A stretch of DNA of 64,000 nucleotides from Takakia lepidozioides (Eukaryota > Plantae > Bryophyta), in the NCBI GenBank assembly GCA_030704615.1, contig CM060733.1, forward strand, positions 6,262,001 to 6,326,000. Direction: 5' to 3'. The notes under the pieces are model-generated. The model worked only from the letters and a program-made list of their open reading frames with translations. It did no database searches and was not told the DNA's origin. The position numbers were made by a program, and so were the translations under genes. Below are positions 12,717 to 25,352 of the stretch, in pieces (the stretch's first letter is position 1; the number at the start of each line of letters is the position of its first letter).

Positions 12717-15700
12717 ATGGGCGCCTGAAGCTGCAGGTGTGGGCGGGAAAGATAAAATTGCAGTGATTGGGAGTGGCAATTGGGGCAGCGTGGCTGTCAA
12801 GCTTATTGCCACCAATGCGCGCTCACATTCCGTCTTTCATGGTTAGTTCTGAACTCTGGCATTGTAATTTGGGATAGAGATTTCACGGTATTCATTCTGT
12901 TGATGTCGTTTAAATTGTTCAAGAGCCTTTCAGCTGAAGTACGCTGGTGTGCGCTGGTAGCGGATTACTTACAATGCAACGTGAAAATCAGAAAACTGGT
13001 GCATATGTGGGGGCCGCTACAAAAGCCAACAAATGACATGGCCATGATAGTCATGTAACAGTTTATTTTGTGTTGGGTTTGGTAGAGGAGGTGAGGATGT
13101 GGGTGTTTGAGGAGACTTTACCGAGTGGAGAGAAGCTTACCGAGGTCATCAACAGAACCAAGGTTCGTGTAGAGCACTGCATTGATGCCATGTCTGAAGA
13201 TGATGTTGAAGGACTATCTGGTTGTGCATGATTATGTTTTTGTCAATGCTGTATCCAGGTCCAAATATGCAGTATAGGCCTTAAATCTTTTACATAGGGT
13301 GCTACTCTTTGTGATTTTCATTTGTGGAGATCTTTGTCTGGGACCTTGGAAATCTGGTACATTATACCTGGGGTCAACACAGAATAAAGTGTAAAATCTG
13401 ATCAGACAAGGTTTTCCTCCTGGTTATTTGAAATTGAGTGTATGTTCACGTGTCGACAGGAAAATGTGAAGTATCTGCCCAATATAAAGCTGGGGCCAAA
13501 TGTGATCGCTGACCCGGATCTTGAGCACACTGGTAATACCCTGCCCTCCTCCTGTGATCTATTTGCAGGCTACTTGTCAGTCTAGAGCTTGTGCATTGGT
13601 ACATGGCTGGATCATGTTTAAAAACCGCATAGTGAGCTGGTTGTCTTGAAAATTAGTAATGCTCGGTTTTCATGGACAGTGGGTCAGAAGTGCGTCTAGT
13701 GATGCACCATGAAGACCAGGTGTTGACTATCATGGTGCCTTGTGAGGCATTGTGCTCCTGAGTGTTATCCCAAATGTCAAGGGGGGGAATTTGGGCCATC
13801 TGGTGCTGATTGTTGATAATTTTCGCCTCCTCCAATCATAGTTTTACCACCTTTTTGCCACTTCCAACAAGGTTCTTTACATGCCAGAAGATTACTCACT
13901 ATTTCTTTTCCTTCCCTCTGTATGTGTGCACATCTTTGCTGCATGTAATCTCATGTATTTAGGTACAAAACCGAGTGTTATGGTTGAGAAGGATTGATAC
14001 GGAACTTGATTGCTCTGTGGAACAGTCAAGGATGCAACAATGCTGATTTTTGTGACACCACACCAGTTTGTGGAAGGCATTTGCAAGCGATTGAAGGGCA
14101 AAGTCACCCCTGGCACCAAGGCGATCTCTCTCATCAAAGGCATGGAGGTACAGACACCTTCTCAAAACATTCCATGTTTTTCTCTCTCTCTATCTTCCCC
14201 TCTGGGCCTCCTGACATAACTCATTCCTTTCTTTTTGTCTCTCTCTTGCCACTAGCGTTGGTTTCCTTATGGCTGGGTTAGTGGGTTTCTTCCTTGCTGT
14301 TCTACTTTGTCTCATGGTGGATGAAGTAAACTTCTCTTTCCTCTCTGGCCATCTTCCATGCTGACGAACTTTGAAGACAAGTGTTGGTAACACTGCCTTC
14401 ACTGTTCACCTCTTGAGAGCCGGTTGTGTGGTTGTTACTCACTACATATGAATGTCAGGCCTACAAAGTGTAGGGGTTGCACAAGACGAGGCAAATGCAT
14501 ATGATTGTGACCGATTTGTTACTACACTGAGTATCGTATATTGGAGGTCACTGTATATTGATTCATCTGTGTTCTCATTCCCTGTTGTCTGATTTGGCAG
14601 GTAAAGAGGGAGGGGCCATGCATGGTATCAAGCATGATCTCGGAACAGCTCGGCATTGATTGTTCTGTGCTCATGGGAGCCAACATTGCGAATGAGGTCT
14701 CTGGTCTTCCTAACTCCCTCCTACACACCATAAAACATGATGCACACTGCAAGTCAACCACTCATGAGAACTCACGATTAGTCTTATCTAGGTGAGATAA
14801 GAGCTATGGTGTCTGGGTTGTTTAAGCCTCAATGATGGAGGGGATGCCTTCAGGGCATGATACATGCTTGTCAAAGCACGGATATGTGGGAGCCACAGCT
14901 TGTCTTCATGGTTTCAATATTCAGGTTCCTATCATGTCCACCACTCTGAATACAGTCTGTGCTTGTGCAGGTGGCTATGGAGAAGTTTAGTGAAGCAACT
15001 GTGGGGTACAGGTCAGAGAAAAGCACAGCAGACAAGTGGGTCAAAATCTTTGGCACACCTTACTTCCGAGTCACCGCCGTGAGTTCCTTGAGACCTGTAT
15101 CTTTGGGCTTTCTTCTTTAATTGTTACTGTTCACTATTTGTGTAGGAGGTGTGAAAGCACATTTGAGTTTTGTTGATAGTCTCCACTTTGAGTGAGCTTG
15201 GACTGAGTATAGAGCTGGGGCCTGTCGTGAAACCCTGGCATCTAGCAGCAATGCCCTATTATGGTTGCTGGAGGGAGTATAATGTCCATGCAACATCACA
15301 TTCTTATTGGAAACCAATTGCTGAGTTGCAGGTGCAAGATGTAGAAGGCGTGGAGCTGTGTGGGACACTGAAGAATGTGGTGGCCATAGCAGCTGGTATA
15401 TCTTGGGTGCTTCAGGATGTCTATATCTTCGATGGCTAGGACGTGACTAGAGAAAGTATGTCTACAGTGGACATGTAATGACAGCGGTTAGATTGCGTTT
15501 GGCAAATACAACTGGAGTGAAGTGTTTTGCTACCAGTTGTACTAACCTGATGATGGGATTGTGGGTTTCTGCAGGCCTTGTGGATGGCTTGGACATGGGC
15601 AACAACAGCAAGGTGCACTAATAGTACTTTTGACCACTAGTCTTGGGATAACTAAATAACCAGACAGTTAACCTGTCAAATTGCCCAACATGGGTGCCGA

Positions 15701-17382
15701 CAGCATGGGAAGTGTTCAGCTCAAGGTCTAGAAAAGAAACATCCATGCCTGATGGGCAAACACTTTAATTGGAAGTCAAGAGAGGGGTTCAAAATGGTAA
15801 ACAATCTACACTGCTTGTTGAGCTGATGATGGTTGATGGCATGGGCTTGTGAGGAGCTGCAGGCTGCAATCATGCGGATAGGACTGCTTGAGATGCAACT
15901 ATTGTCCCAGTTTCTTTTTCCATCAGTCAAGGATGCCACTTTCTTTGAGAGCTGTGGTGTTGCAGACCTCATCACTACCTGCTGTAATTCATTCTTCCTT
16001 CTCCATTTCTCACATACAACACTTTGTCTCGCAAAAATGGAGCTGGACTTGATTGTGGCATCTGCCGTTTAGAATGAGCCATAGTTATGGCCTAGTTGCT
16101 GCAGCTCTTGTGTGGAATAGTGTAACAAATGGGCTGAGTAGTCAAATGCAACCAGAGGTTGTCAAAATGTAAAGTGGACAAGCTAGGCTGGTGTCTCCTA
16201 ACTGTCTGCATTCTAAGGGAACCATTCACTTTGTAACATCACTCATATAGAGGCCTGGATCAAACAGACCACGTCGGAGTGTACAAATTAGTCTACTATA
16301 GGCTTACTACAGTTGTATGGAAACACATCACAGCTGATTAAACAGACGCAAGGTCTGCACTGTACAGGTAACCTAACCTGACAGATGACATAGCCCAAGC
16401 ATACCCATATGCAACCATAACTCATTCTTGACCAGCTTGGGTAAAATGTCCTCAAGGGGAGAGACCTGCTTGAGTCTTCACATATTTAATCCTGTTGTTT
16501 GTGTCCATACATATGAGAAGTCTGTGGGATTTTACAGTTGGGGGCCGAAATAGGAAGGTGGCTGATGCATTTGCACGCTGTGGTGGCAAGCGGTGAGTGA
16601 GAGTCTGTTAATCCTTCTCCTTCTGTAGTCTGGAACTTCTATGTTGTGTTATATCTGGCCAGTCACTGCTAGATAGCTCATTACGTTGCCAAGTAACGAT
16701 TTTTAGTTTTTGTGGTGAGACATGGTTACGTTTGAGCGGGGAACTTACAGTAGTATTTTCAATAGCATAGCAAATTAATGTGTCCCGACTGCAAGGTGGC
16801 ATGCCACCCTCCCTGGTGTTGTGCTAATGTTTCTTACACATGGGATCCTCTTGTGTTGTTCCAGGTCTTTTGATGAGCTGGAAGCTGAGTTGCTGGCAGG
16901 GCAGAAGCTCCAGGTAACATTTTGCTCCCTTAACAAATTCCAAGCTCCCAGTATTTTACAGGCTGGGTTGTTCCTGTAAGGAAGAATAGCAACCATCGAC
17001 CCCAGGTAACTTGATGCTGGATGTGTGTATCAAGATAGAGCGTAGGATGGTAGTTGGTTCTGGCTAAGGAGGCTCCCATTTATGCCGGTCTTATCGAACT
17101 GCGCTCTCTCTCATGTGGGGAGAAGAAATTTCCAGTGTGGCCAGTTTTGTTACATTCTACCAATGGTCAAACTGATTTTCATCATCATGTGGTTGACAGG
17201 GAGTTTTAACAGCACGGGAAGTGTCTGAGGTACTAAAGGCACGGGGATGGGAGGAAGTATTCCCTCTGTTCTCAACAGTGCATGCAATTGCTACGGGCAG
17301 TCTTCCTCCATCAGCTATCGTGGAGTACAGTGAGTACACACCTCGCAAGATTACAGGTGTTGCACCAGCTCAGTATGTCTGA
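12717..17382 (+). CDS. GPDH: NAD-dependent glycerol-3-phosphate dehydrogenase (At5g40610/GPDHp type), about 12 exons; start uncertain
   Basis: [120 protein letters not shown]. Stop TGA at 17380-17382. Confidence 0.95.
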
Positions 17383-19048
17383 TTGGCCAACCTAGATTTG
17401 GCTCATTATTTCCAAGACTCCTTGACCTTTGGTTGCAATTGCCGAAAGAAATTCCATGGCTTCCATACGCTTTCCTTCAATATATGGAAGAGTGGTTTCC
17501 GATGAGAGAAAGCAGATGCTAGCTGCTTCGAACATGAAATGAGATTAAGTGATAAATGCCCTTAGTTCTAGATAGTGCTGTTCTAGTACTCAACACTATT
17601 AAAAAGGTATAGAGAGAGGGATGATTTTGGCCAGAGCTGGCGTAACTAAAAGAGCCACTTCACCTTTTGGTTGTCCCTTTTGGGGGGTGGGCCCTAGTAA
17701 AAAGGTTTGCCAAGTTGTGGATGGCTCTCCTTATGTGAGTTGGGGACACAAGCCTTTGTAAGATGCCATATAATTGTCATGCCTCATGGGCTTAGGAACC
17801 ACCCATGTGTTATTTTGTTGTCTCCATCCTTTGAAGTACCTCAGTACTGTGACAAATTCTGGTTTGCACTCTTGAAGGTGGAAGAAGAATATTGGTTCCC
17901 ATCTGGTTATGTGGCTCGTTGTTTAGTTTGTGATGAGTTCAAGGACTTCAAAGAATTCACTGCATGTAGTGGAAGGACTTGCTGAGGGTAATTGCAGGTA
18001 GTCAGAATATCGGACCTCCTATCTGACTGTGTTGAAGGTGAATGGTGGCATATTTTGTGGAGCTGGAATTCAAGACCTCGAAGATTTTAGTCCGTGTTTT
18101 CAGATTCCTTCCTTTGTCAATTTTCGTACCATGGAGACAAACCTACTCACTGCACTCCCCCTAATATCCAATTCATTCATACATGGCTCTAATTCTAACC
18201 AGCACAGATACAAACGATGTTTACACTCAGCAATCCACACTATCCACTGGGTAGCATTTGACGGTAGGAAAACCAACTTCGGCGCCACAGACTTGAGCAG
18301 GAGGAACCATTTTCTTTGCCTGTTTCTACTGCCAGAAGGACGCATGGTGCTCCTATGCCTAGCATTCCATATCTAGGAGACCACAATATCTGCGAGTACT
18401 TTCATCTCCAATGTGTCAGTGTCCTTACTGCATTGCTACAGTTGGTGTCGGATTTCTCACAGTTTGGAGAATACCAAGTCGTAAAATTCAGGGCCACAGA
18501 TTTACTTATCGTCTTGGAGGACACTCCACAATCTCTTTCCAGTTCGGTAGATATACTCCATTTATTCAACAATGAAATGCTCCCAATCCTTCCATTTTGG
18601 AGATTAGAAACATCAAAGCTTCTGAATTTCAAGTTCACGCAGTTTCCAATTCTGAGGCCGCATTGTGCAGCCGGTGCTCCAAACCAGTGCAGCTCAAGAG
18701 AGTTCTCCGGTTCATTTCACTCCTTGACATTCATACTATGGCACTGAAGGTTCAGCTTTAAGCTAATTCATGTGCGCCTTAAACCCAATCAAACCAGAGT
18801 GCATAAAGCTGTGAGCTGAACTTCGGGGTTTGTTTCCTAAGTTTCCTAAGCTACCACGATTGCCCATCATAAGTCCATTTTTGGATACATCGGTTCCTTG
18901 CGCACAGCTATCTGCTGGCACTCTCAGTGGTAAAACAAGAATCCAGCCTTGCTACAAGCATCCGGCCATCCTTGTCTCTCCCCACTGTCAAAACGTCAAT
19001 CTAAGTGTGGATTCAATGGTCACATCACCAGCACTTCAAAAAAGTAGT

Positions 19049-19933
19049 TCATGCATGAAGATGCGTGTTCTCGAATTGCCGCCGCAGCTGTAGAGCTTCA
19101 GAATAAAGCTTCATATCAATACCGTCCACATTGCGCCCCACTCTCGCCTGCAAAACCATCTAAGCCGCAGCAATAGACACAAACGTGACAAATTCTACCT
19201 TCACCTTCAATCCTTCTGCTTACATTCTTTGCTAATGTCACCAGGATGGACCAATGACGAAACACAAACTTTCCGTAGCTAGGCCCTCTCTCTTCCCCTC
19301 GTCTGCTGTGTAAGATTTGCTACAGCATGAGGCATTGCAATTTATACCTTAGCAATAAGCAAAGCTCAACCATGAGAAACAAGTTCAACATATTACCCAA
19401 TTGATGACCTCGTCTTACCTTGTTGGCGAGGAAATTCAGCTCGCCAATGAACTGGTAGCGGGAGCCTTTCCGTAAGGGAAGATCACGTAGATGCTGTGTG
19501 TCCACTTTGAGGGAGGATCCGGCGTCGGTGATCACTGCCATGCCTGTCTCCACTTCATAGCTTTCAAGTCTGCCCACCCATCAGTGTACCAGTTCATGAT
19601 TTGTGTGTTTTTGCCTTCTCACCCTTCTCTCTCTGTACTCCTCCTTCCAAGGAAACATCCACAATTCCATATGTTTAACAGTAATGAAAGACGGTTCCCT
19701 TCTCTCTCTTTTCCTCCTCCAATCACTTTGAACACACATATTTTACCTTTGATCAATGCATTGAAATCACAATCAAGTTACTTAGACTAGACAAAGCACA
19801 AAACCCAATTAGGGAAAGGCACTGACAATCCCAGGACGCGCAGAGACTGTGAGGGAGTGCACAAGGGCGAGCTGGGCTGCAGCTCGTGCAGGAGCACGAT
19901 CACGCCCGGCTTGAGCGTTACTGTGCCCGCCAT
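19049..19933 (-). CDS. TEN1: CST complex subunit TEN1; exons 19933-19827, 19569-19419, 19159-19049
   Basis: MAGTVTLKPGVIVLLHELQPSS...SLRVLG|LLESYEVETGMAVITDAGSSLKVDTQHLRD...GSRYQFIGEL...|MVLQARVGRNVDGIDMKLY...RRQF matches plant TEN1. Confidence 0.93.
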
Positions 19934-20223
19934 CGCTCCTTACTTCCCGCCCATCCTTGTGAAGCTGATTAAGTAGTGACTACCAGTGTTGGCAGTTCCA
20001 GTTCGGAAGTCTCGTCGTGAACGGCGACGGAAGATCAGAGCCGTCTCCGTTCACGTCATCACATCCATCAAGGATCCAAGAAGAGGTAGACGCAAGGCAT
20101 TTTGTGATCGTCTTGTGCAGGTACTCTCTCCTCAAGGATTTGAGCTCCGCTGTAGTGCAGGGCAGGCAGGCAGGGTTGCAGGTTCAATTGTTTTGGATTC
20201 CTCCGTCATTTCCGACCTCCGTC

Positions 20224-23200
20224 ATGGTACTTTCCTTTTCTCTTCTTGTTTGCGATGTTTTAATGAGTGTTATGTCTGGACAATGAGCTTTTTGCAGCAA
20301 GCAAGTTATCAAGTACTATGTTGTGTCTTCCCACCATGTTTATGTCTGGATTGATCCAGATCTGGTGCCACTCCGATCAATGAGATAATGCTGATACGAA
20401 GAGTGTGTGTGGTGTATGCATGAGAGAGATTCTCTGTGCGTATGCATGCGCGCTGTCGTAACAATCTTCTATTCGCAATTTTTCTCTTCAGTTATGGTGC
20501 CGATCGGACATTAGCATTTCATCATCATTCCAAGTCAAGATGAAGACCTAGGCAAGACTATCATAGCAGACATAGTGGTGCGGGTAAGCCCTGCTGAAAA
20601 TGTGAACCTACAGGGCTTATAGGCTTGTGAAACCACGAGCACCGTGCTATTGTTGGGGTTCATGGTGGATGCCCGAACTCCAGGGGACTAAAAACTGAGC
20701 AAACGCCTATGACTTTTGCTATTGAAAATCCTAATCGATGACGAACACCTTAAAAAAACGTGTAGTCAGGTCACGAAGGCACGAATGGCTTTTTTGAGTT
20801 GCAATTGTTATAATGAGTGCATGGGAATGATGCAGATTCGGTTCATACTGTTGCAGAATCGGCAGGGAAAAACTCGACTTGCGAAATACTACATTCCTCT
20901 AGAGGATTCTGAGAAGCACAAGCTTGAGTATGAGGTGCTCCCCCTCTCCTCACGTGCCCTAACGATGCAGTTGTGAAAAAGAAATACACAGTGGATCAAG
21001 AAAGGAAGAAATGAAAAGAAATGGAAGAATGAAAGAAACTTTATAATGTCCATGGAAAGCTTAAAGAGCTTATGGGACCAAAGAAAGTGGGAGTAGCTGA
21101 TTTACGAATGCTTATGTGCACGGATGAGGATGGCAGGTACACCGACTCGTGGTGAACAGAGACCCCAAGTTCACCAACTTTGTTGAGGTTGGCCTTTCTG
21201 GTGTCACCTGCTTCTTTTCTTTTGATGCCCACTCCCCAAGAAAAGTACTGCTCGTGCCTTATAGCTCTGCGCCATAGACACAATACAGATCTCTGTAGTC
21301 ACCATAATCTTGAGTTCTGCCCTAGCCATTGCATGACACATTGCCAGGAGTTTTCTTATCAGCTCACCTATATGTTAGGCATATGAACCCCCCAGCAGTT
21401 CTGACTGGTGGTCTCCTGGTTGGGTAGCAGGTTTAGAACAGAAAATAGTAAGGGTTTTGTTCTTCATTTTACTAATCATTTGGGAATGTACTCATAAGAT
21501 GTTGTTTGCCGTAGCCTTGTGGCCATTGACCCTGCGCCCATTTTGAGTGGAACTCAAAGGGACGGAAACTACCTCTGTCTGGGGCTGACGCCGGCAGTAT
21601 GACTTACCTTGGAACAGACAATCGATCCGAGTTTTCCAGATATCCTCTAGAAATCCCTCTACACAAGCTGCTGTGTGTAACTAAGCCCCAAAAGGGCCTG
21701 GGGCTTTTGGCTCAGCCTCGAGGTTTTCAAAGTTGGTAAACAGAGCTACAGGCACAAATCCCTTCATGGATTTGAAGAGGGCGTCTCCCTGGTGAGAGTA
21801 CCCAGGACAATGAATCAGAAAACGAATAATGTCTTCAGGTTGCTCACACAATGGGCATTTGCAATCCCCCTTTCCTCCCTGCATCTGTTTGCTTGAGCCG
21901 AGAGTGGGTAAACCCTTGAGGTCATCCATGATGTCCTCCCCCATGTCAGAGACTGGAAACAAGCTCAGGGAAGTTTTCTGCTTAACTTCATTTTCACCAG
22001 ACAATTTCCTGGCTACAGACATGGCTTTGGACACTAGCAGACATAGATTCAGATCCTTGGAATCTCTTCTACCCTCTTCCGCCAGGACTGAAGCCTGTTT
22101 GACAGGGCGATCCTGCTTCCAAGATATAGAGTCGATTAACTTAGGGGATCTGATATTAGTCATACGTTGCAGCTGACCCCACCATCTGACCTTGAATTCA
22201 TCTCGTCGGGAGCTTAAGGGAGGGAAGCCAAACTCATCCCGAACAGCCACATAAGCTGTTTTGGAGCATGCTGACATGCACTCCTTAAGCACCCCCACTT
22301 GAATGGATTCTAGAGACATAGCCTGGTTGGAGTTATCAACCCACACTGCAGATGCGTACTCCACGGCAGGCCTAATAACATGGCAAAGCATGGTTTTTTT
22401 ACTTCAGAGGTGATTAATCTTCGCCATGGAGAAATTTACCGAGACCCAACACTTTGCGCTTGCCAGATCGAACAACTTTTTCCCTGGATAATCTGGCCTA
22501 GAGTGAAGATATGATCCACACAGCCCCTGTTTCTCTGAAAGCCAGCTTTGCCTTCATGGAAAGAACCTCTAAACTCCAGATCAACCTCAAGACGAGTACT
22601 TATAACTCTGCAAAATACCTTGCCAACTGCATTGAGAAGTGTGATGCCTCAATAGTTCCCCGGCTCTTCTCTGTAACCTTTCTTGTGTAGATTGACAGTG
22701 ACCCCCTGTCGCCAGCGAAAGGGAATTGTTTGAGTCCTTCAGATAAGGTTAAAGAGAAGTACAAGGGCCTCTATCATGGGGTCGCTACCGTGCTTGATAA
22801 GCTCGTTGACTATGCCATCAGGTCCACCAGCTTTATATCTGCTTAAATGCTCAATTGCTCCCACAATCTCAGAAGAACTAATGGGAGCGTTGTAACCCTT
22901 TGAAAAATACTCCAATTCTGTCTTGAATCATAGGAACGGTTTTTTCAACTGTGTCCTTCCATTCTTCAGAAGACCCCTCACTGTTAGACCTAGAATTTCT
23001 GCCAAGGATACTGTAGTGAGTTTCAAAGGTTTTGACAATGTCAACCGTTGAAGTCACCACTGCACCCTTACTAGTCCTCAGCGCTTGTACTTGCTGACAA
23101 TTTTTGGCTTGTACAGACGTTGAAGGGCCAACCAGTCTTGTTATTACTACCATGGTGGCTTTAGTTTATTTCACTGTATAACTTGTCCCAATAACTTGAC

Positions 23201-25352
23201 CTCTTCATTTTGGAATTTTTCTATGCGCCACTTCCGAATCAAACGTTTCACAGATCTCTTGGGGTGTTGGGGAAACACATTTTGATCTCACTATGATATA
23301 ATCCACAATGGGTCATTCCCCAGTTTGGGCTTTCTCACGAGTCCACTGCACTAGGTCTCCTTTTGACCTATTATTCAAGGTCAAAAGCTGAAGTTCTTCC
23401 AGGCAGTTTAGTCGAATTCAGTTTGTCCTCACCAAAAGGCCCAATGGTATCATCCTGATGAAACCTTTACCCACTTGGGCATTGAAGTCTCCCAATAAGA
23501 CCACCTGACCTTTGGCGAGGATCTTAGCACAGTCCAGCTTTACGTCTTCAAAGGCTTTGTCTGCATCAGCACTCAGGTCCCCTCTGTGGGCATGTAAACA
23601 CAACCCACAAATAGGTCCTTCCTACTCACGCCGCCCTTGAATTTCAGTTTCAGCAAGATACTGTGCTCATACCGCAAACCCTTGTTGATAATTTCACAAT
23701 TGTCACACAAGAAATAACGGACAAAGAAGCCAACACCTTTTTGACGATGCTTGGCAGAGACCGCCTTAAGTGCATGCATCTTACCAAACCATCTATAACC
23801 ATTGACATCTCCAACCAGTTTGTCTGAAGTTTCCCATGTCTCTTGCCCTGCACAGATATGAATACCATTTGCCTGAAGAACTTGTCCCACTTCAAATTGT
23901 TTCCTTTGGTTAGTCAGCCCCGAGAAGTTGAAAGTGCCCAGCCGCAAGCCAGCCCTTTGCATATGGATTGTTTGCCGTCTAGGTAAGCCTATGATTGCTC
24001 CTGGACGGCCAACCAATCTGCAAAGGGGGGTCAATAACCCCGTGTGTCCATTAAGTCTGAACGCAGCTGGGACTTTAAGAGACCTCAGCACACACAGAGG
24101 GCCACTAGTCACACGCGCTCAGACTGCCCAACGCCATTGACTAGTCTGTTTGCGCTGACTAAACTGTGCCAAGAGCTAGCAGAAGAAAGACATGAGGTCT
24201 AAATGTCCGGGTTGTCTATAGTCTACAGTTCCACCCTGCCATATGTAATAGGTAACATGCTTCAACTGGTTAGTTTAACACGGACTGTTTGCCAATGGAG
24301 GAATCTTTTTCTTTTTTTGGGGGTGTACATTTATGTGACTTTCTGAAAATATCGGTAACTAAAATCATAATTTTAAGTTAAATTGAGGCTACATTAACTA
24401 GTATTTATCCTTAACTTCCAACTCTTGTGCCAATAGGGCCTTTGCAGAGGACTGCTAGTCACGCTTACCATATGGATCCACTGAAAGTTGCCTCTACACG
24501 GACTCTATCCTTTGTGACTGTTGGAGAACGTGGGGATGTAGTTCCGGACACACACAGTGGGGACCTTATACCGGCGCTATGCTGGCCTTTTCTTCTCCAT
24601 GTGTGTTGACATCATGGACAATGAGCTAGCATATCTCGAGAGCATTCATTTGTTCGTTGAAATCATGGACCATGTCTTCAGCAATGTGTGTGAGCTGGAT
24701 TTGGTTTTCAATTTCCACAAGGTCTGTTCTTTGCTCCATCATTGATTTCTCCCATGTCCTCAATGTCGATCCTTAATGCACATTCCCCTTGACTGGCATG
24801 GTGTTCTTACTATATGTTTTATTTCTGAAGCTTAACAAATTATGAGCCAATTCAATAAACTTGCTGAGTCTTCTGCTGGCTGTTTCTGTGTAGCTTTCCT
24901 TCTCTTGTGCTCAAGGTGTGATCATGAAACATGGAATCAGTGTGTACTGTGGACCAAGTTGACAATGTTCTCCTGTATTGGCAGGTCTATTTGATACTCG
25001 ATGAGTTCATCCTGGCGGGTGAATTGCAAGAGACTAGCAAAAAGGTAGCATCACTTTGTATGTTTTGATGTTCTGGTTCTCATGTCAGACGTCTTAGCAT
25101 TCAGTTCATTTACAAGTTACAGTTTTGATATGCACCTTGGTAGTCTAGGGCAGTTGAAGAAGTTCTGGAAAATCTTAAACATCTTCACTATGCGCTCATG
25201 CTTGGATAAAGTTGTGGTAGACATGGTGCCTGGGGAGTTATGTGCCCTCCCCACAGCCCTGCCAACTAGGCCTCATTGAGAAATTGCTTTTGGTTTGTCT
25301 GCATCTGCAGGCAATTATCGAGAGAATGGGTGAGCTTGAGCGGCAGGAATAA
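20224..25352 (+). CDS. AP2S: AP-2 complex sigma subunit; exons 20224-20226 (ATG only), 20836-20934, 21137-21187, 24542-24721, 24985-25044, 25311-25352
   Basis: M|[33 protein letters not shown]|[17 protein letters not shown]|FRTH...YRRYAGLFF...[14 protein letters not shown]...[12 protein letters not shown]|[20 protein letters not shown]|[13 protein letters not shown]. Confidence 0.95.
21484..24185 (-). mobile_element. Degenerate non-LTR retrotransposon (APE endonuclease, partial RT, CCHC) in AP2S intron 3; RT core deleted; 5' boundary approximate
   Basis: APE motifs [40 protein letters not shown]-terminus [43 protein letters not shown]. Then [13 protein letters not shown] and [20 protein letters not shown]. 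Many stops and frameshifts. Confidence 0.92.
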
